Below, in pieces: positions 1-14,400 of a DNA stretch of 64,000 nucleotides (the stretch's first letter is position 1; the number at the start of each line of letters is the position of its first letter). The notes beneath the pieces were generated by a model. That model had not been told where the DNA came from. It made no database searches and saw nothing but the letters and a program-made list of their open reading frames with translations. The stretch comes from Cenococcum geophilum (Eukaryota): the NCBI GenBank assembly GCA_050273025.1, contig CP158635.1, positions 8,184,001 through 8,248,000 on the forward strand. Direction: 5' to 3'. The position numbers and the translations under genes are program-made.

Positions 1-3000
1 TTTTACTTTTCTAACACTATTATATGCCTTAATAGGGACTTCCTTAACCTTAATTGCTATTACCTTTATCTATTATCGGAACTCCATAGATAAGAAGTTC
101 TTTTCTATATTATAAACGATTTAATTAGGGGGTCCTAAGTAGACATTAATCTAGCATAATTATAGGGTATCCTATGCGTTTCTAGCTAATATATCCTTTA
201 AGAAACGTGCGGCTTAGAAGGAGGTTAAGAAGTTAATAACTTAAAGTACTAGCTTGCCGCTAAGATATATAACGTCAATAATAATATAAAAGTTAAAGTC
301 GTAGTTATCTTTAAGGGTAAACTTAAATCGGCTAGGGGACTTCTAGTTCATTTAGCAGTAGTGGCAGTACTTTATAAGATACTTAATTACCTTAACCTTA
401 ACTTTATAGCCTACTCACTAAAGAACCCTAAGCAATTAATAAACGGATAGGTAGTTAAAACAATAGTATAGTTAGCGTAACTCTAACTTAGTTAAATAGC
501 TCTAAGCAACACTCCTTTCTAGTTATTAAAGGAGCAGCTAAAGGTAACCCCACTTATATATAATAGGCACCTAATTGTCTCCCTACACAAGCATATTCTT
601 AAGGTTGTTAAGTTTAACGCCTAATTTATCTATATTCCTAATACAGAATAGAAACAGAGTGTTTACGGGAATAATATGGAAAGTAATATATCCTAAGGGG
701 GTTTAGACCCTAATTATACTAAGAGAAATCGCGGTACCCTTGCTAAAACGTATTATATATTAGCCTGCCGTTAATTAGTTAATCTAGATAAAAGTATTAA
801 GTTATTAAAGGGCTTAAACTTAAGGTTCTCCTACTATAGATACTCCTGCGGCTCCAGTATCTGGCATAATACTATAGAAGATATTCGCCAAGTATCTATT
901 ATTAAAGGAGAACGTAAAGCTCTCCTTTAGCTTATTAAAGATATTTAACTTTATAGTAAAATGGAGCATAGATTAGTTATTAAGAATAGTAACGGTTTGT
1001 ATACCATCTACCTTACTATACTTAGTAAAGTATTAGTCAGGTAAGTAATCCTCAATTTCCATATCTATAAGGAGCTATTTAGCCTTATTAACCTTACCCT
1101 TAAGATCTTCTACGCCTTTATATTAAACCAGAAAGCTTTAGAAGTAAGCCGTAGTAGCCTTATAATTTCCAACATTTCTTATACTTTAGCGAAACTTATT
1201 ATATGCCTCCTTTCGCTTATTAAGAGAATACCTAGTTAACCAGCAATTCGGTTTCTTACAAACATAGCATTTCTTCTAGCAATTACTTTAAAATGAACCT
1301 CTATAAGAACCTCCACCTTTACCTTATAGTTATTAATTATACCCTCTACCGTATTACCTACTACGGCCACTATATATTTAATCAGTCCAGTTATAGTTAT
1401 ATTAGTTAGGCGGGTTAATTAAAGTAAGTTAGAGTTAGGCGTTAAATTGCTATACTTTTTAAAAGCGTAAAGTAGTACTAATAGAAGATCTTAATTGGGC
1501 ATATACTCCTTTATAAGTATTTACAGGATTAAAGAGAGTAAGGTTATATTCTTTAACGCCTTAGCATGCGCTAATAACTTAATTACGTAGGCTGAAATCC
1601 TCTTAATATAATTTAAATAAACCACGCTAAATCGTCTAAAGTTAATTAAAGAGCTTTTAAAGATAATTAAGCCGAGGGACACCTAGGTTTATAGCAATAA
1701 TCCTTAAAAAGGTAGTCTCTCTCTATTCTAACATATACTACTACTTATTCTCTTCTATTTTAAAGTAGTATCTTAACATATATATCATGCGGTTAAAATT
1801 ATATCCTTTTCCTACTAAACAATCATAATAAAAGGTACTAGCTCGGCCCTTAAGCATAACAGAATAAGCGTTATAGTATTAATTAGACTCTATTCCTACC
1901 TTCTAGCAATAGTTATAGAAGATACATAGTTTTAAATTAAAAACATTATATAATTCCCTACTAAACTTCTTCTCCTAATCCGAGTAGAGCTTCGTAAGCT
2001 CTATAAGCAATTTTAAACTACCTCCAATTTAAGATTAAGATAAAGGAGGTAGGAGTTGCATTACAGGCTATAGTAGGGACGTAGGTCTAGTTAGTAGAGT
2101 CTAAAGGTTATTAGATTGTAAAGCAAGGGGATCTTATACTTACTCGTATTAAAAGGCAGTAGTTAAAGTTATGGGTTAAATTAGTGGATTCTAGGGAACT
2201 AAAGATAGAGGTAGAGATAATAGATATAAAATAAAAGAACTTATACCTAAAGCAATAGAATTAGAACGCGTCTCTTATAGTATATTACCTAGATTCTATT
2301 ATAAGTTAAGCTTCCTTATAGTGCGTAGTTAGTGCTTAATCTCTTATAGAGTCCATTTATACTCCTCTTTTACATTAAGAACCTACTCCTAAATATTATC
2401 TCTAATAACGCCCCTATCCTTAGGGACAAATACTTTATTCTCCCAAAGGAAGTTACAGAAGTCCTATACGATATCCTTATTCATAGGGGCCTATATTTCC
2501 TTTATCCATCTAATAAAGTCCTCCTTTATACATTCCCATAGCGTAGTATTATTATATTTACTATCTTTGTAATATGCTATACGGTATAATAAAAAACTAT
2601 TTAAGTCTTATTTATTAGCGTTTACAAGGTCAATTATAGCTTTATTCTATATCTTTAGGTTAATATCTTCCTTATACTTTTTTAGGTAGGTTAACGCTAT
2701 AATAGGTATAGAATTAATGGGGTGTCGTACGTTAAAGGTAGGTAGGATTTTCGGTTTTATAGGATCTCGTAGGTTTACTATCAAGAGGTAGGCAATTTAA
2801 GATATTATTTAACGCGTTTTGGATATTAACTTAGGACCTTAGGTTTAGTAACACTTCTAACCTAAAGTACTTAACCAAATCTTCGTAAACGCGGTTGTTC
2901 TACATAATAGATATAACTTAGTATCTCCTAGTACTTAGTAACACTTCTATTACTAGTTTTCCGCAAGTTTAAGGTAGCACGGTATTGCCGGAATCCATTC

Positions 3001-3302
3001 CATATAAGCGCATATAGCACCCCTATACAAGACTGTCTCTTCTATTTAAAACCTAGCTGCTCTATAGTTAACTATATATTTAACCACTAATTAGTGTTAG
3101 TTATATAGGGTAACTCACTAATAACAACTACTTAAGTAGGTTATAGTGATATTAGTTAATAAAGCTTATTAATTAGAAAAGAGGAAGGGCGAGGAGCTTA
3201 AGGCTCCTCGCCACGCTAGTGCCGCGGCGACACGTAATGGCAACTTGCCATCACGTGACGGCAATTTGCTGTACGTGACGGCAAATTGCCTCATTCCCGA
3301 CA
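1..3302 (-). mobile_element. Ty1/copia LTR retrotransposon, GalEa-like, 5' half (LTR, gag, protease, integrase); RIP-degenerate; continues beyond window start; inserted in gypsy A
   Basis: Minus strand 1-60 reads IAIKVKEVPIKAYNSVRKVK (de-RIP MAIEVKEVPVEAHNSVGKVE, integrase). Upstream de-RIP motifs LHRRFGHPS and VPIxRKWGH are present, with protease directly before integrase (copia order). Confidence 0.88.
3095..3302 (-). repeat. 5' LTR of the copia element (TG...CA, ~208 bp), followed by the palindromic CTAATTAGT site (3086-3094) in place of a tRNA PBS
   Basis: Minus strand starts TGTCGGGAAT and ends TAACTAACA. CTAATTAGT/CTGATCAGT next to the LTR is, from recall, the conserved hairpin site of fungal GalEa elements. 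Confidence 0.75.
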
Positions 3303-4426
3303 AATATATTTCCCTATTTATAATACCTTTAAAGTATTATAAGGTAATACTTAAATATAGATAGCTAGAATAACACAACCCTTTAATTAGCTAGGTTAAA
3401 GAAATACTAAAATTCCATATAACTTACTACTAAAGTTATTACTTAAAATACTACTTGCCCTATAAATATATATATAATTATTTAAATATAATATAATATA
3501 AATTACCCTTACTATAAACCCTAAACTAATATAATAAAGTTATAACTGCCGATTATAGTAAAGAATGTAAAGATAATATATTAAAACCCCTTAAAATTTA
3601 TATAATATAAGCCGTACCCTTTTATTTATTAGTAAGAAAATAAAACTATAAGATCTTTACTATAACACTAAAAGATATTAAAAAGGCGTTAGAACTAAAG
3701 CAATATATAACCCCTAACCTCTTATACCTAAAGAATATCACAATCTAATTAATATATTTAAGAAATAATTTATAAACTAATTACCCCTATATTAAGATAA
3801 GTATAATTTTAAAATAGAACTTAAACCTAGTATAACGCTAAAGTTTAGCCTATTATATAGTATATCGCAAGAAGAACTACTTATAATGCGATAATACCTT
3901 AAAGAGCACTTAAAGAAAGGATTTATTTACCCTAGTTAATTACTATTCGCCTTATCTATACTATTTATTAAAAAAACCTAAAGGAGGCTTAAGGTTTTAT
4001 ATTAATTATTAAGCCCTAAATATAATTATAATTAAAAACTAATATCTAATTCCTCTACTTTAAGAAACGCTTAACCGCTTAATAAAAGTATAATACTTTA
4101 TAAAGCTTAACGTAGTTGCTGCCTTTAATTAAATCCGTGTTTATAAAGGAGATAAAAAGTATATAGCTTTCTGTATATAATGGGGACCTTTTAAATACCT
4201 AGTAATACTATTTAGTATAAAGAACGGTCCTAGTATATTTTAGTAATACGTTAATAATACGCTTTACGAATTCCTTAATATATTTATTACCGCGTATATT
4301 AATAATATTTTAATTTATTTATCTTTACTTTTTAAGTATTAGAAGTACGTCTAAATAGTCCTTAAACGCCTATAAGACGCGGGCTTATAATATAATATTA
4401 AGAAATATAAGTTTTACGTATCTAAA

Positions 4427-4619
4427 TGTTATGGGACGGGGGCAGTAGCTATAAAGCGTATATATTTAAGGAGTCTACAAAACATTACGCGATCAATTGT
4501 AAGGGTTAAGGGCGTAAGGAGGTAATATACCTACGCGTAGCTAATATAAGCTATACGTAAGGTGTACTTAAAAGTACAGGGCTCTCCTATAGAGGCCCCT
4601 ATAGTGGGGTTCCGTAACA
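4427..4619 (-). repeat. 3' LTR of B1
   Basis: TG...CA; direct repeat of 10599-10791, 28615-28807 and 34785-34977. Confidence 0.95.
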
Positions 4620-7600
4620 CTACCCCCCCTCTTATAGAGGTGGAGCTCCGGTGACGCTGTGGTTACTATATATATATAAAAGGGACACTTAAGGTATAAA
4701 AAAGAAGAAAAAGGGGGGTATTGCTAAAGGCTTAAAACAACGTTATATAATAGGGCTTAGCATCTAAGAATCTAACTAATTAGATAACTTTAACCGCTAG
4801 TTAAAGTTCCTAGATATCTTAATAATATTCCAGTTACGTAATCGCACTTTACCGCAATCTAACGGCAATTTAACGGCAATTTACCCTTACGTGGTAATGT
4901 ATAACGGTTTAACTCTATAAGGGCTCCTATAGAGGATTAGGTATAAAGTCTTTACTTAGGCCCAGTTTCTATAGGTTCGCGTAGTAAAAGTCGCTAATTA
5001 GATCCTTTGCATTTTTAAAGTCTTCCTATAGTTGCTATTCTAGCTAATCTATATTAAATCCTATGTATATAGCTCTATAGTAGAGCCGTCGTCCTCTACT
5101 TTTACTAAAGTATTTAGAGTTAATAATTTGTTTAACGGTCCACTCCTTATAGTTCTTATTTTTGTTCTTATCTTAGATTAGTACTAGTAGGGATTTAGGC
5201 TATATCTGCCCTAGTAAGGGGTTAGGCTAATAGAGGTATAATAGCTATAGGTAAAATACGGGCCATATCCTATAGGTAGCTAGGGTAGGTAGGAGTTCTA
5301 GCTTATATACAGCTCCCCTATTAATAACTTATTTAATTAAATAGGGGCCAAGGTTCTTATAATTAAGTAACTTTATAAGCCTTTACGTAGAGATATTACG
5401 TATATCTAGCTATACCCAGTCGCTAACACGTATCTCTGGTAGTGGCGTTCTATAATAGTTAGCGAAGTAGGCCTACTTTACTTAAGCCTAGGCCAGTTCT
5501 CCCTTATAGTAGTTAAGTAGATTTTTTATATAGTCTGTATACTAGTTAGTAAGTAGTATCTTAAGGCGTTTTCTATATAGCAGTTTCTTATTAATAGGTT
5601 CTAGTAGCTCTATACTAGATTAGGGGTAATAACCCTTGTTTATAAAGAACGGGGTAAGTCCTATAGTAGTTAAGACGTAATTATTTACTATAAATTTACC
5701 TAGTAGGAGGTAATCTACCTAGTTATCTTAACTATAGGCAACTACCTATCGTAGGTATGCTTTTATACTAGCATTAGCGTTTTCTAATTACCTAGCGGTT
5801 TTATAATAAAAGGATATAGATATTTTAACAGAGATGCTAAGGCGTTAGCAGATTTGTCTCTATATATTAGAGTTAAATTATATACCTTAGTCGGACATAA
5901 TTAAGTTAGGTAATCTATATAGTTAGTAAACTTTATAAAGGAAGGCGTTAGTAACGTCGCTAACGGCTACGCCTTTAGTTAGGACGTAGTGGCGCTCTTT
6001 TATAAGTCGGTATATTATTATAAGAATATTCTTATAGGTACGGCCGTGTTATTTATAGGGTAGTAGGTTAATAACGAAATCTATAGCGATATCTGCCTAT
6101 TATCGTATAGGTACTAATAGAGAGTATAGTAGTCCTTAGTACTTTATATTAAAGGCCTTAGCGCGCTTATAACCGTAGTAGGCGCCTATAAAGCGTTTAA
6201 TTAAGTCTATTATTTTTAGCTAAAAGTAGTATTGGCTAAGAAGCTTATACGTTCCTTTTTTACCTAGGTAGCCGCTTAATCGGAGGTCGTAGGCTATTTA
6301 GATTAGTTACCGTTATAGATTTTCTAAGTTAGGGATAAATAGGCGGCCTTTATAATAGAGCCTATTCTCTTTTATTTTTAAGGCTGCTATATTAATTTGG
6401 CCTAAGCTTTAGAGATTAGTAGGTAGTATATAGGCGCTAGCGGTCTTTGCGGTAATAAGTTAATATAGTAATAAGTCGATAGAGGCGTTATATACTATAG
6501 TAATAAGCTTATTAATTTTGGGAGGTAACTCTAGTTCTATAGTATAAAGCTAGGGTATAGTTAGCTTTATTATAGGTAGTATACCTAAGGCCAAATTTTA
6601 TACTTTTAGGATTGTTTATTATTAGAACTAATTATAGGGGTTATCTTTAGACTAAGGAAGGTCTTATAAGCGGCGTATTAGGCTATTAGGTTTAGTGCCT
6701 TATACTCCTAGTCTATATATAATTTTAAAGTTAAAACTAGAGAGGAACTCGTTCTAATATACTTAGTATTAGTTTAGCTACTTTATAGTTATAAAGTACT
6801 TAAGGTTACGATAGTCCGTAAGGACTTTAGTTAGCTAGTTAGGCTCTGCTAAAAAGAGTTCTAGTTAAAATTCTTTAAACGCTTATATAATTATAAGGAG
6901 TTCTTTATTATAGATCTTATAGTTATACTCTTATAGTATAAGCTTAGATAAGTAAAATATAACTAGGTAAAGGAAACCATCGTTACCTATTTAGAAGAGG
7001 ATGCCTATGTTAATGTAGTCTAAGGAGTTAGTTTTAAGGTAGAGTTATTATCCTAGTATAAAGTAAGCTAGGACAGGTACTTTAGTAAAGGCATTTTTAA
7101 GGTCTTAGAACGCCTTCTTATATTTAGGCGTCTAGGTAAAGCGTAGGTACGTTTTTCTTCCTTTTATAGAAAGGCCCTTTATTTACATTATTGCTATAAA
7201 TAGTGCTACTACGCCTAAGAAGTTGAATATAAATTTTTAATAGAAGTTAGTAAAACTAAGGAAGGCTTATACGTCCTTAATGCAGTTAGGGGCTTACTAT
7301 TTAGTAATTATATATACCTTTTTAGGGTCTATACAGATACCCTTAGTAGTAATAATTAGTTTAAGGTATTTTAATTCTATAACTAAGAATTTATATTTCT
7401 TTAAATTAATATAAAGTTCTATATCCCTAAGGCACTATAGGACCTTTTAAACGTGTTTAGTATGCTTAAAGGGGTTATTGCTATAAATAAGTATGTTATC
7501 TAGGTACGCAAAGTAGAAGTCGTTAAGGTAGTCCTATAAGGCGTTATTAATATAGCTTTAAAAGGTGCCTGGGCCGTTATATACGCTAAAGGGTATAATA

Positions 7601-10598
7601 GTATATTTAAATTGGCCAAAGCGCGATATAAATACGGTTTTTTATTTATTACCTTCCCGTATTTAGAGATAGTTAAAGGGGGCGATAATATTAAGCTTAG
7701 TATAGATTTTGGCTTAACTAAGCCGCTTAAGGGTTTTACGTATAAGTAGTACTAGGTATTAGTTTTTAATTGTAATAGCATTAAGTCCTCTATAGTTAAT
7801 ATAGAATTAAATACCTCTTTTTAGCTTCTTAGTAAGAAGAATAGGGGCGGCTGTTAGTAATATACTGAGATAAATAAATCCTTTATTAAGGTACTTGTTA
7901 ATATAATTTTTTATAACTAAAAGTTCGTCTTTTAATATTAGGTAGGGTCTTTTATAAAATAGCATTTTTCCTTATTTAATATTAATGGTATAGTTATTAG
8001 GTTAATATAGGGGGAGTATATTTACGCTCTTTTATAAGCATATATTAGTAAAGTTATAGTACCTCTTAGGGAGAAGCTTACGGAGTTCTTTATTAGTAAG
8101 TCCTTTTTTAAGCTTTATAAACTTCTTAAAGTCTAAAGGTAAAAGTCTATAGAGTTCCGTAGGGGCGTTATCTTCTAAAAGGTTAACTATATCTATCCTA
8201 TTACTATAGAGGATATAGTCCTATTCTTTATTAAGCTTATATAGTTATAATTAGGAAGCTATAGTAATGGTTTAGCCTTTTTTATATACTATATAGTAGA
8301 AGGCCGGGGCACTTATATAGTAGTAGTTAGTCATAGGTAGAGTAATAAGGGGTTCCTTAGGTTAATATTTTAGGAAGTAAATAGAGGCGGCTAGGCTATG
8401 CCCTAGGCAAGTCTCTCTATAGTATTTAGAGTTAAAGGTTACTTTTTTCTTCTTTTAGTTAATGGCGGGGTTATATTATTTAAGCTAGTTTATTCTAAGG
8501 ATAATAGGGTAGTTAGTAAGTAGTATAATATAGGCCTAGAGTTCTTCCTAGTGCCTATTTATATCTAGGTGGAGTTATACTATATAGGTAATCTTTTATA
8601 TAGTATAATTACCGTTAGCGAGTTATAGGGCGCGGGCTTTAGTAAGAGGTAAGGTAGGTAGGTTATAAGTATATACAAATTAGGTATCTATAAATTTATT
8701 AATAGCTCTATAATTAATTATAGAACGGCTTTTATATTATTTTTTAGTAGTAGTTCCTATTATAGGTAAAACTATCTATTTCCGTCTATTTATTTTTATA
8801 GAGTTATCTATTAAGTAAGCTAATATATAGATCCCTTTATCGTTAGGGCGTCCTAACCTGTAACTTAGGGCTAGGACTTAGCGTTTTCCGTTTCCATATT
8901 TAACTCTACCGCTATTACTATATCTTCGTCTTATACGGTAGTAGTATATAATAATATATTTAATATTTAGGGTATTAGGTTAGGTATTAGGCGGCAGCTA
9001 CTAAACCTAGCTATTAGGTAGTTTAGGTTATCGCAATAATAGCCTTCTTAACGGCATTTATAGTAGTGTCCTAGTTTCTAAAGTAGCTCGCGCTCTCTAT
9101 TTAGGAGTTTTTATAGGAAGGTTAGTATAGAGAAATTAATATTAGTTCTAGTAGTACTTAAAGTAATAGGTGTCAGTGGCTTAGTATATATAGGTTTAGT
9201 AGGCCCAAGGGGCTTCTATAAAGAGATCTTTAGGTAAAAGTTAGTAGTAGTAATCTAATTTAGTTATTGTTTAATCTTCTATAGAGCTGCTACTATATTA
9301 TAAATATTATTATAGTTATAGCTAGCGGCTGCGTAACTAAGGCGATAAGTAACTTTTTTAAGGAGGTCCTTTTAGTCTTTAATATCGTCTTAGGTAAGAG
9401 CTCTAGTATATTCCTAGAATTTAATATAGAATTTATTAAATAATTCGGTAGGGCTTATCTTTAGGACATGTAGTTTAGCTTAGTTAGTAGCCAGTAGGTT
9501 ATAGTTACGGTATATTAGATTAAGATTATTAAGGACTTCTTAGTAGGACTGCCACTTCTAGGGGCTATTAGTCTCCTATTAGGTAAAGAGTCTATTAAAC
9601 AGTATACCATTTATTCACCTAATAATGTAGCTGATCTTAGTGTCTTTTGTAGGAAAAAGGCAGGCGCTTTAAGTTAGTTTCTCGCAGATATATATCTTCT
9701 AGTAGCTATATTCTTTACAATTTCCCTAAAAAACTAGGGGATTAAGGTAGCGTATATTAGACCCTATAGTAGCAGTTTAGGTCTAATTATTATAGCTTTC
9801 GTTATTACTGCTTTAGTAGGGGTTCCTATTAGGTAAAGCTACTTAGCGCTAGCCTTCTATTAAGTATTAAGTAGGTAAAGTTACTAGGGGCGTAAAAACT
9901 TAGGTAGCATTATATATAGTAAAGAGGTATCTAGCGTTATTACGAATATACTTATTAAGCTAAGATTATAGGTATTTAATTATGCCTTTTCTTTTAGTAA
10001 ATATAGTAATTAGTATAATCTTAGCCTTCTTTAACTGTTAGATGTCGCGTTTAGATATATAGAGGTTATCTTTAGTTTCTTAACGTATATTATTAGCGAG
10101 CGCCTTATAAGCTTATAGGTCTTAGATAATATCGCGATCTTAAGTAGTATATATCTTGGCTTATATAAGCTTTAAGTAGTAGTTTTATAAAAGGCGGTAG
10201 TATTTATTAGGGTTTTGTGCTACTATTTTTACAAACGTCTCGGCGTCTCGTATTTTAATTTTAATAAGTAGTAGCCCTTCTATTTGCTTGTCTATAGTTA
10301 TATAGTTAATAAAAAAATAAGATATTATTAGTGTCCGTCTCCTTAGGGGTTAAGGCTAAAGCTAATAAATTAAATTCTCCTAGGATTAATTGGCGTCGTA
10401 GGTTAAGTATAGGTATTAGATTGTTCTTTAGGTTTAATATAATAGCTAATAAGAGATATTATCTTACTATTATGGGTTCCTTAGAAGTATAAAGTAAGGT
10501 AGTTTATAGATACGCTGCTTTTAGCAGCACCTACAGTATTATAGAGACGTAGAATTGGTCATAGGCTAAGCGTTAGTGGTAAAAAAGGCGTAACGTAA

Positions 10599-10791
10599 TG
10601 TTATAGGACGGGGGCAGTGGCTATAAAGCGTATGTATTTAAGGAGTCTACAAGATATTACGCGATCGATCGTAAGGGTCAAGGGCGTAAGGAGGTAATAT
10701 ACCTACGCGTAGCTAATATAAGCTATACGTAAGGTGTACGCGAGAGCACGGGGCTCTCCTATAGAGGCCCCTGCGGTGGGGTTCCGTAACA
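10599..10791 (-). repeat. 5' LTR of B1
   Basis: TG...CA; direct repeat of 4427-4619. Confidence 0.95.
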
Positions 10792-11615
10792 CTAAAGTTA
10801 TATACTTAGGCCTAATTATATTCTATAACGGAATTGAAATAGACCCTAAGAAAATCGCTATAATTATAAACTAGGAAAGTTCTAGTAGTATATAAAATAT
10901 TTAAGGTTTTTTAGAATTTGCAAATTTCTATTATTAATTTATTAATTACTTCTTAAAAATTATTTAGCTATTAATAAACTTAATAAAAAAGAATATAAGA
11001 TTTAAATAGACTACTAAATATAAATAAGCTTTTAACGACCTAAAATATTATTTTATAACTGCTTTAATTCTTACTTACTTTAATCCGGACTTTAAATATA
11101 TTATTAAAACAGACTTGTCTAATTATATACTAGAAGGAGTATTATCACAATATAATAAAAATGGCGAGTTATACCTAATAGCCTTTTTTTCCCCGAAAAC
11201 TTACCTCTGCTAAATTAAACTATAAGATTTATAATAAGGAACTACTTATAATTATTAGGTATTTTAAATAATAGCGTCTAAAACTTAAAGGATTGTTATT
11301 TTTAATACGCGTATTAACGGACTATAAAAACCTATAGTACTTTATAACTATAAAGCAATTAATATAATATTAAATTTATTAGGCCAAACACCTCTTATAA
11401 TTTAACTTTAAGATTATACACTAACCTAGTAAACTTAATTAAAAGCCTAACTTATTAATATAATAATTATAGAACCTACCTACTAACGCCTCTAATAAAT
11501 GGATTATAAACCAATTACAAAATTTACTGCCCCTTAAATACTTTAAGAAACTACCCCCTATATTTTTAAATATAGAGCTTAATAGGAATAAATTGGAAAT
11601 TAATAAGTGGGATAT

Positions 11616-11862
11616 TGTTCGTACCAATTTAATGGCACGAGTGAGTCAGATCCAGGGGCACGAAATACGTATAGTATCGTATGCTCTTTTGGATGATAGT
11701 GACTGTCGATTGTATTGAAGCAGACTACGTGGTCTATATACTAATGCGTCCCTCCCCCCTTGATTAGTCAGTGCTTCAGAAGTGCACCAGACGCGTAAGC
11801 GGGTGGTTAGTGCACCCAACGCGTAGACGCGTGGTTGGTACAATAGGTGCTGTAATTATACA
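11616..11862. mobile_element. Solo LTR (247 bp) of a family not otherwise seen in the window, little RIP
   Basis: TG...CA ends; 5-bp TSD GATAT at 11611-11615 and 11863-11867; normal CA/TG content. Confidence 0.88.
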
Positions 11863-14080
11863 GATATAGAAATTAATAAATTAATAAAGTATAAATATAA
11901 AAATGACCCTTAGATAGTAGATATAATAAAAGCGATTTAAATAGGGAAATAGTAATATAAGGGTATTACACTTACCGAATGCGAAATCCGTAATAATCGG
12001 TTATACTATTAATAAAAGATAGTAATCCCAAATTCTAAACCCTTATAATTTATATATAATTCCCCTATAGTAGGGCATCCTAGCTATATAAAGACCTATA
12101 AGATTATCTAATAAGTATATTACTAGCTTATAATATATAACTATATATATAAATACGTTTAACTATATAGAATATGCGTATGCGGGAAGACCTCTTATAT
12201 AAAGAAGTAAGGAGTACTTTAACCGTTGCTAATTCTAATATAAAGATAGTAAAATATCTTAATTAACTTTATAGTTAACCTGCCTAATAGTAATAGGTTT
12301 ATAAATATTATAGTAGTTATTAACTATCTTATAAAAATACAATATATAATTCCTATAGACTTAATTAATGCAATATTAGTAGCCGAATGTTTTATTAAGT
12401 ACGTCTTTAAGCTATATAGACTTCTTAATTTAATAATATCCAACCGCGAAAGCTAGTTTATTTTAGACTTTTAGTAAGCCTTATATAAATAATTAAGTAT
12501 ATAAATATAACTCTAACTATATTTTATTTAGAAATAGATAGTTAAACTAAAATTGACAACGTAATTATAGAATAATACCTATAAATATACTGCTCCTACC
12601 TATAAGATAACTAGAAAAAGTGGCTACTTTTAGCTAAGTTTACTGCGAATAATATAAAAAACGAATTAATAGGCGTAACGCTATTCTATACAACCTACGG
12701 ATAAAACCCTTAACTTAGATTTAAACTATAACCTAAAATTAATATAATAGGACCTATAATTAAGAGGATTTAACTAATTAATATATATAACTTTGTTAAT
12801 TAAATAAAGTAGTTAACGGAACTATTATAAAGTAAATTAGCGTACGCTTAAATAGTATAAGAATAGTATATAAATAAAGAATAAGCTCCCGCGTGGGACT
12901 TTAAGGAAGATAATATAGTTTACCTAAATATATAAAACCTAAAGACTTAATAACCCTTAAAGAAACTTAATTGGAAGTTTATGGGCCTATACTAAATTAA
13001 AAAGAGACTAAGCCTATATGCTTATAAGCTTAAACTACTAACTAAGATAAAAATATATTTAGCGTTTTATATAAGCTTACTATAACCTTTAAAGAATAAA
13101 CCTATAACTTGGGAAGTACCGCTACTACTTCCTATAATTATTAACAATGGTAATAGTTCTTACTTTATTAACTTAATTAATAATATATTATAGAAAATAT
13201 AATCTAAATAATTTAAACTTCTTATTAAGTAGGAAGGATATAAAATATAAACTTAGGAAACCTATAACTAGATTAAGACTAACGCGCCTTCCCTAGTAAA
13301 AGAATTCTATAAAGACTATCCTTTGCGGCCTACTTTAGCTAAATAGATATAATATAAAGGTAAATAACTACTACCTAATATAAATATACAAAATATAATA
13401 GTAGGAAGCTTAAAATTAAAAAGAACTTAAAATACGTTATAATATTTATAATATAATTATATAATACGCAAGATATTAAGGAACTTTAACCGCCAGTTAA
13501 AGTTGTCTAATTAGTTAAATTTACCTTACCAAGACCTATTATAAGGATGCTAGTTTTACTTACCGCCTTAACTAAGCTAATAGCGATTTTTTATTCTAGG
13601 GATGGAAAATCCTAATTAGCCTATTTAATAATAAAATTAGTAAAACTCTATATATTATATTATGATATTTAATTACGCTATTGCGGCTCCCGTTAGGGTC
13701 CATATAGTGGGTCTATATGGGTCTATATATATATATGTATAAGAGGGGAACCGTACTGCTAGGGCCGGATAAAACCTCTCCTTCTCTTGTTATATGGCCT
13801 GTATAGCTTATTATACGGCCTATATAGCCTTTTTTCTAATTAGTGACTGCCAAGCACAAGTAGACGTCTCTTTAAGGCGCTACAGAAAAGCTATCTTAAT
13901 GCGTACTCCTAGGTCTATCCGGTAGGGTGTATAGCTAAAGCCTAGGTTCTGTTTCTAGCTGCTTTAGTTATCTAGGTAGGGCGTAGGCTAGTGGCCTATA
14001 AGGCTGGTAGTGGTGTATAAGGTTCCTTTATTTATATCTGCGTTAATATACGCAGCTTTATACCTTGCTAAGTTTTATTA

Positions 14081-14400
14081 AGTTTTATTAGGATATTAAC
14101 CTCTACCAAATTCTGCCCGGTTACTAAATTCTATTAAATTCTGCTAGGTTGCTAAAGTTCTGCCAACTTCTGTTAGGTTATTAGATTCTGCTAGGTTACT
14201 AAGATTCTACCAAATTCTATTAAGTTGCTAAAACTCTACCAAATTCTGTTAGGTTACTAAAATTCTACCAACTTCTATTAGGTTGTCCAATTCTGCTAAA
14301 TTCTACCAGGTTAATAAGTTCTGCTAAATTCTACTAGGTTGCTAAAGTTCTACCAACTTCTGCCAGGTTGCCATCTGTAAAATTCTGCTATATTCTACCA
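14081..14400. repeat. Degenerate tandem array of ~10/19-bp units (AAATTCTGCC / AGGTTGCC type) in LINE1 3' UTR
   Basis: Directly visible repeats such as aaattctgct, aaattctacc, aggttgct. Confidence 0.85.

Larger units (their letters stand above)
4427..10791 (-). mobile_element. Ty3/gypsy chromovirus B, copy 1, full length (6365 bp), RIP-inactivated
   Basis: 193-bp LTRs at 4427-4619 and 10599-10791; 5-bp TSD CTAAA; PPT next to 4620. gag ~10562-8878, pol (PR-RT-RH-IN-chromo) ~8890-4915. Confidence 0.96.

Noticed and set aside
11439..11843. Short ORFs from the track here and at 19602, 31799, 34784, 35819, 48182 and 58369
   Set aside because: Antisense or off-frame to RIPped pol/ATPase sequence or inside LTRs; chance ORFs.
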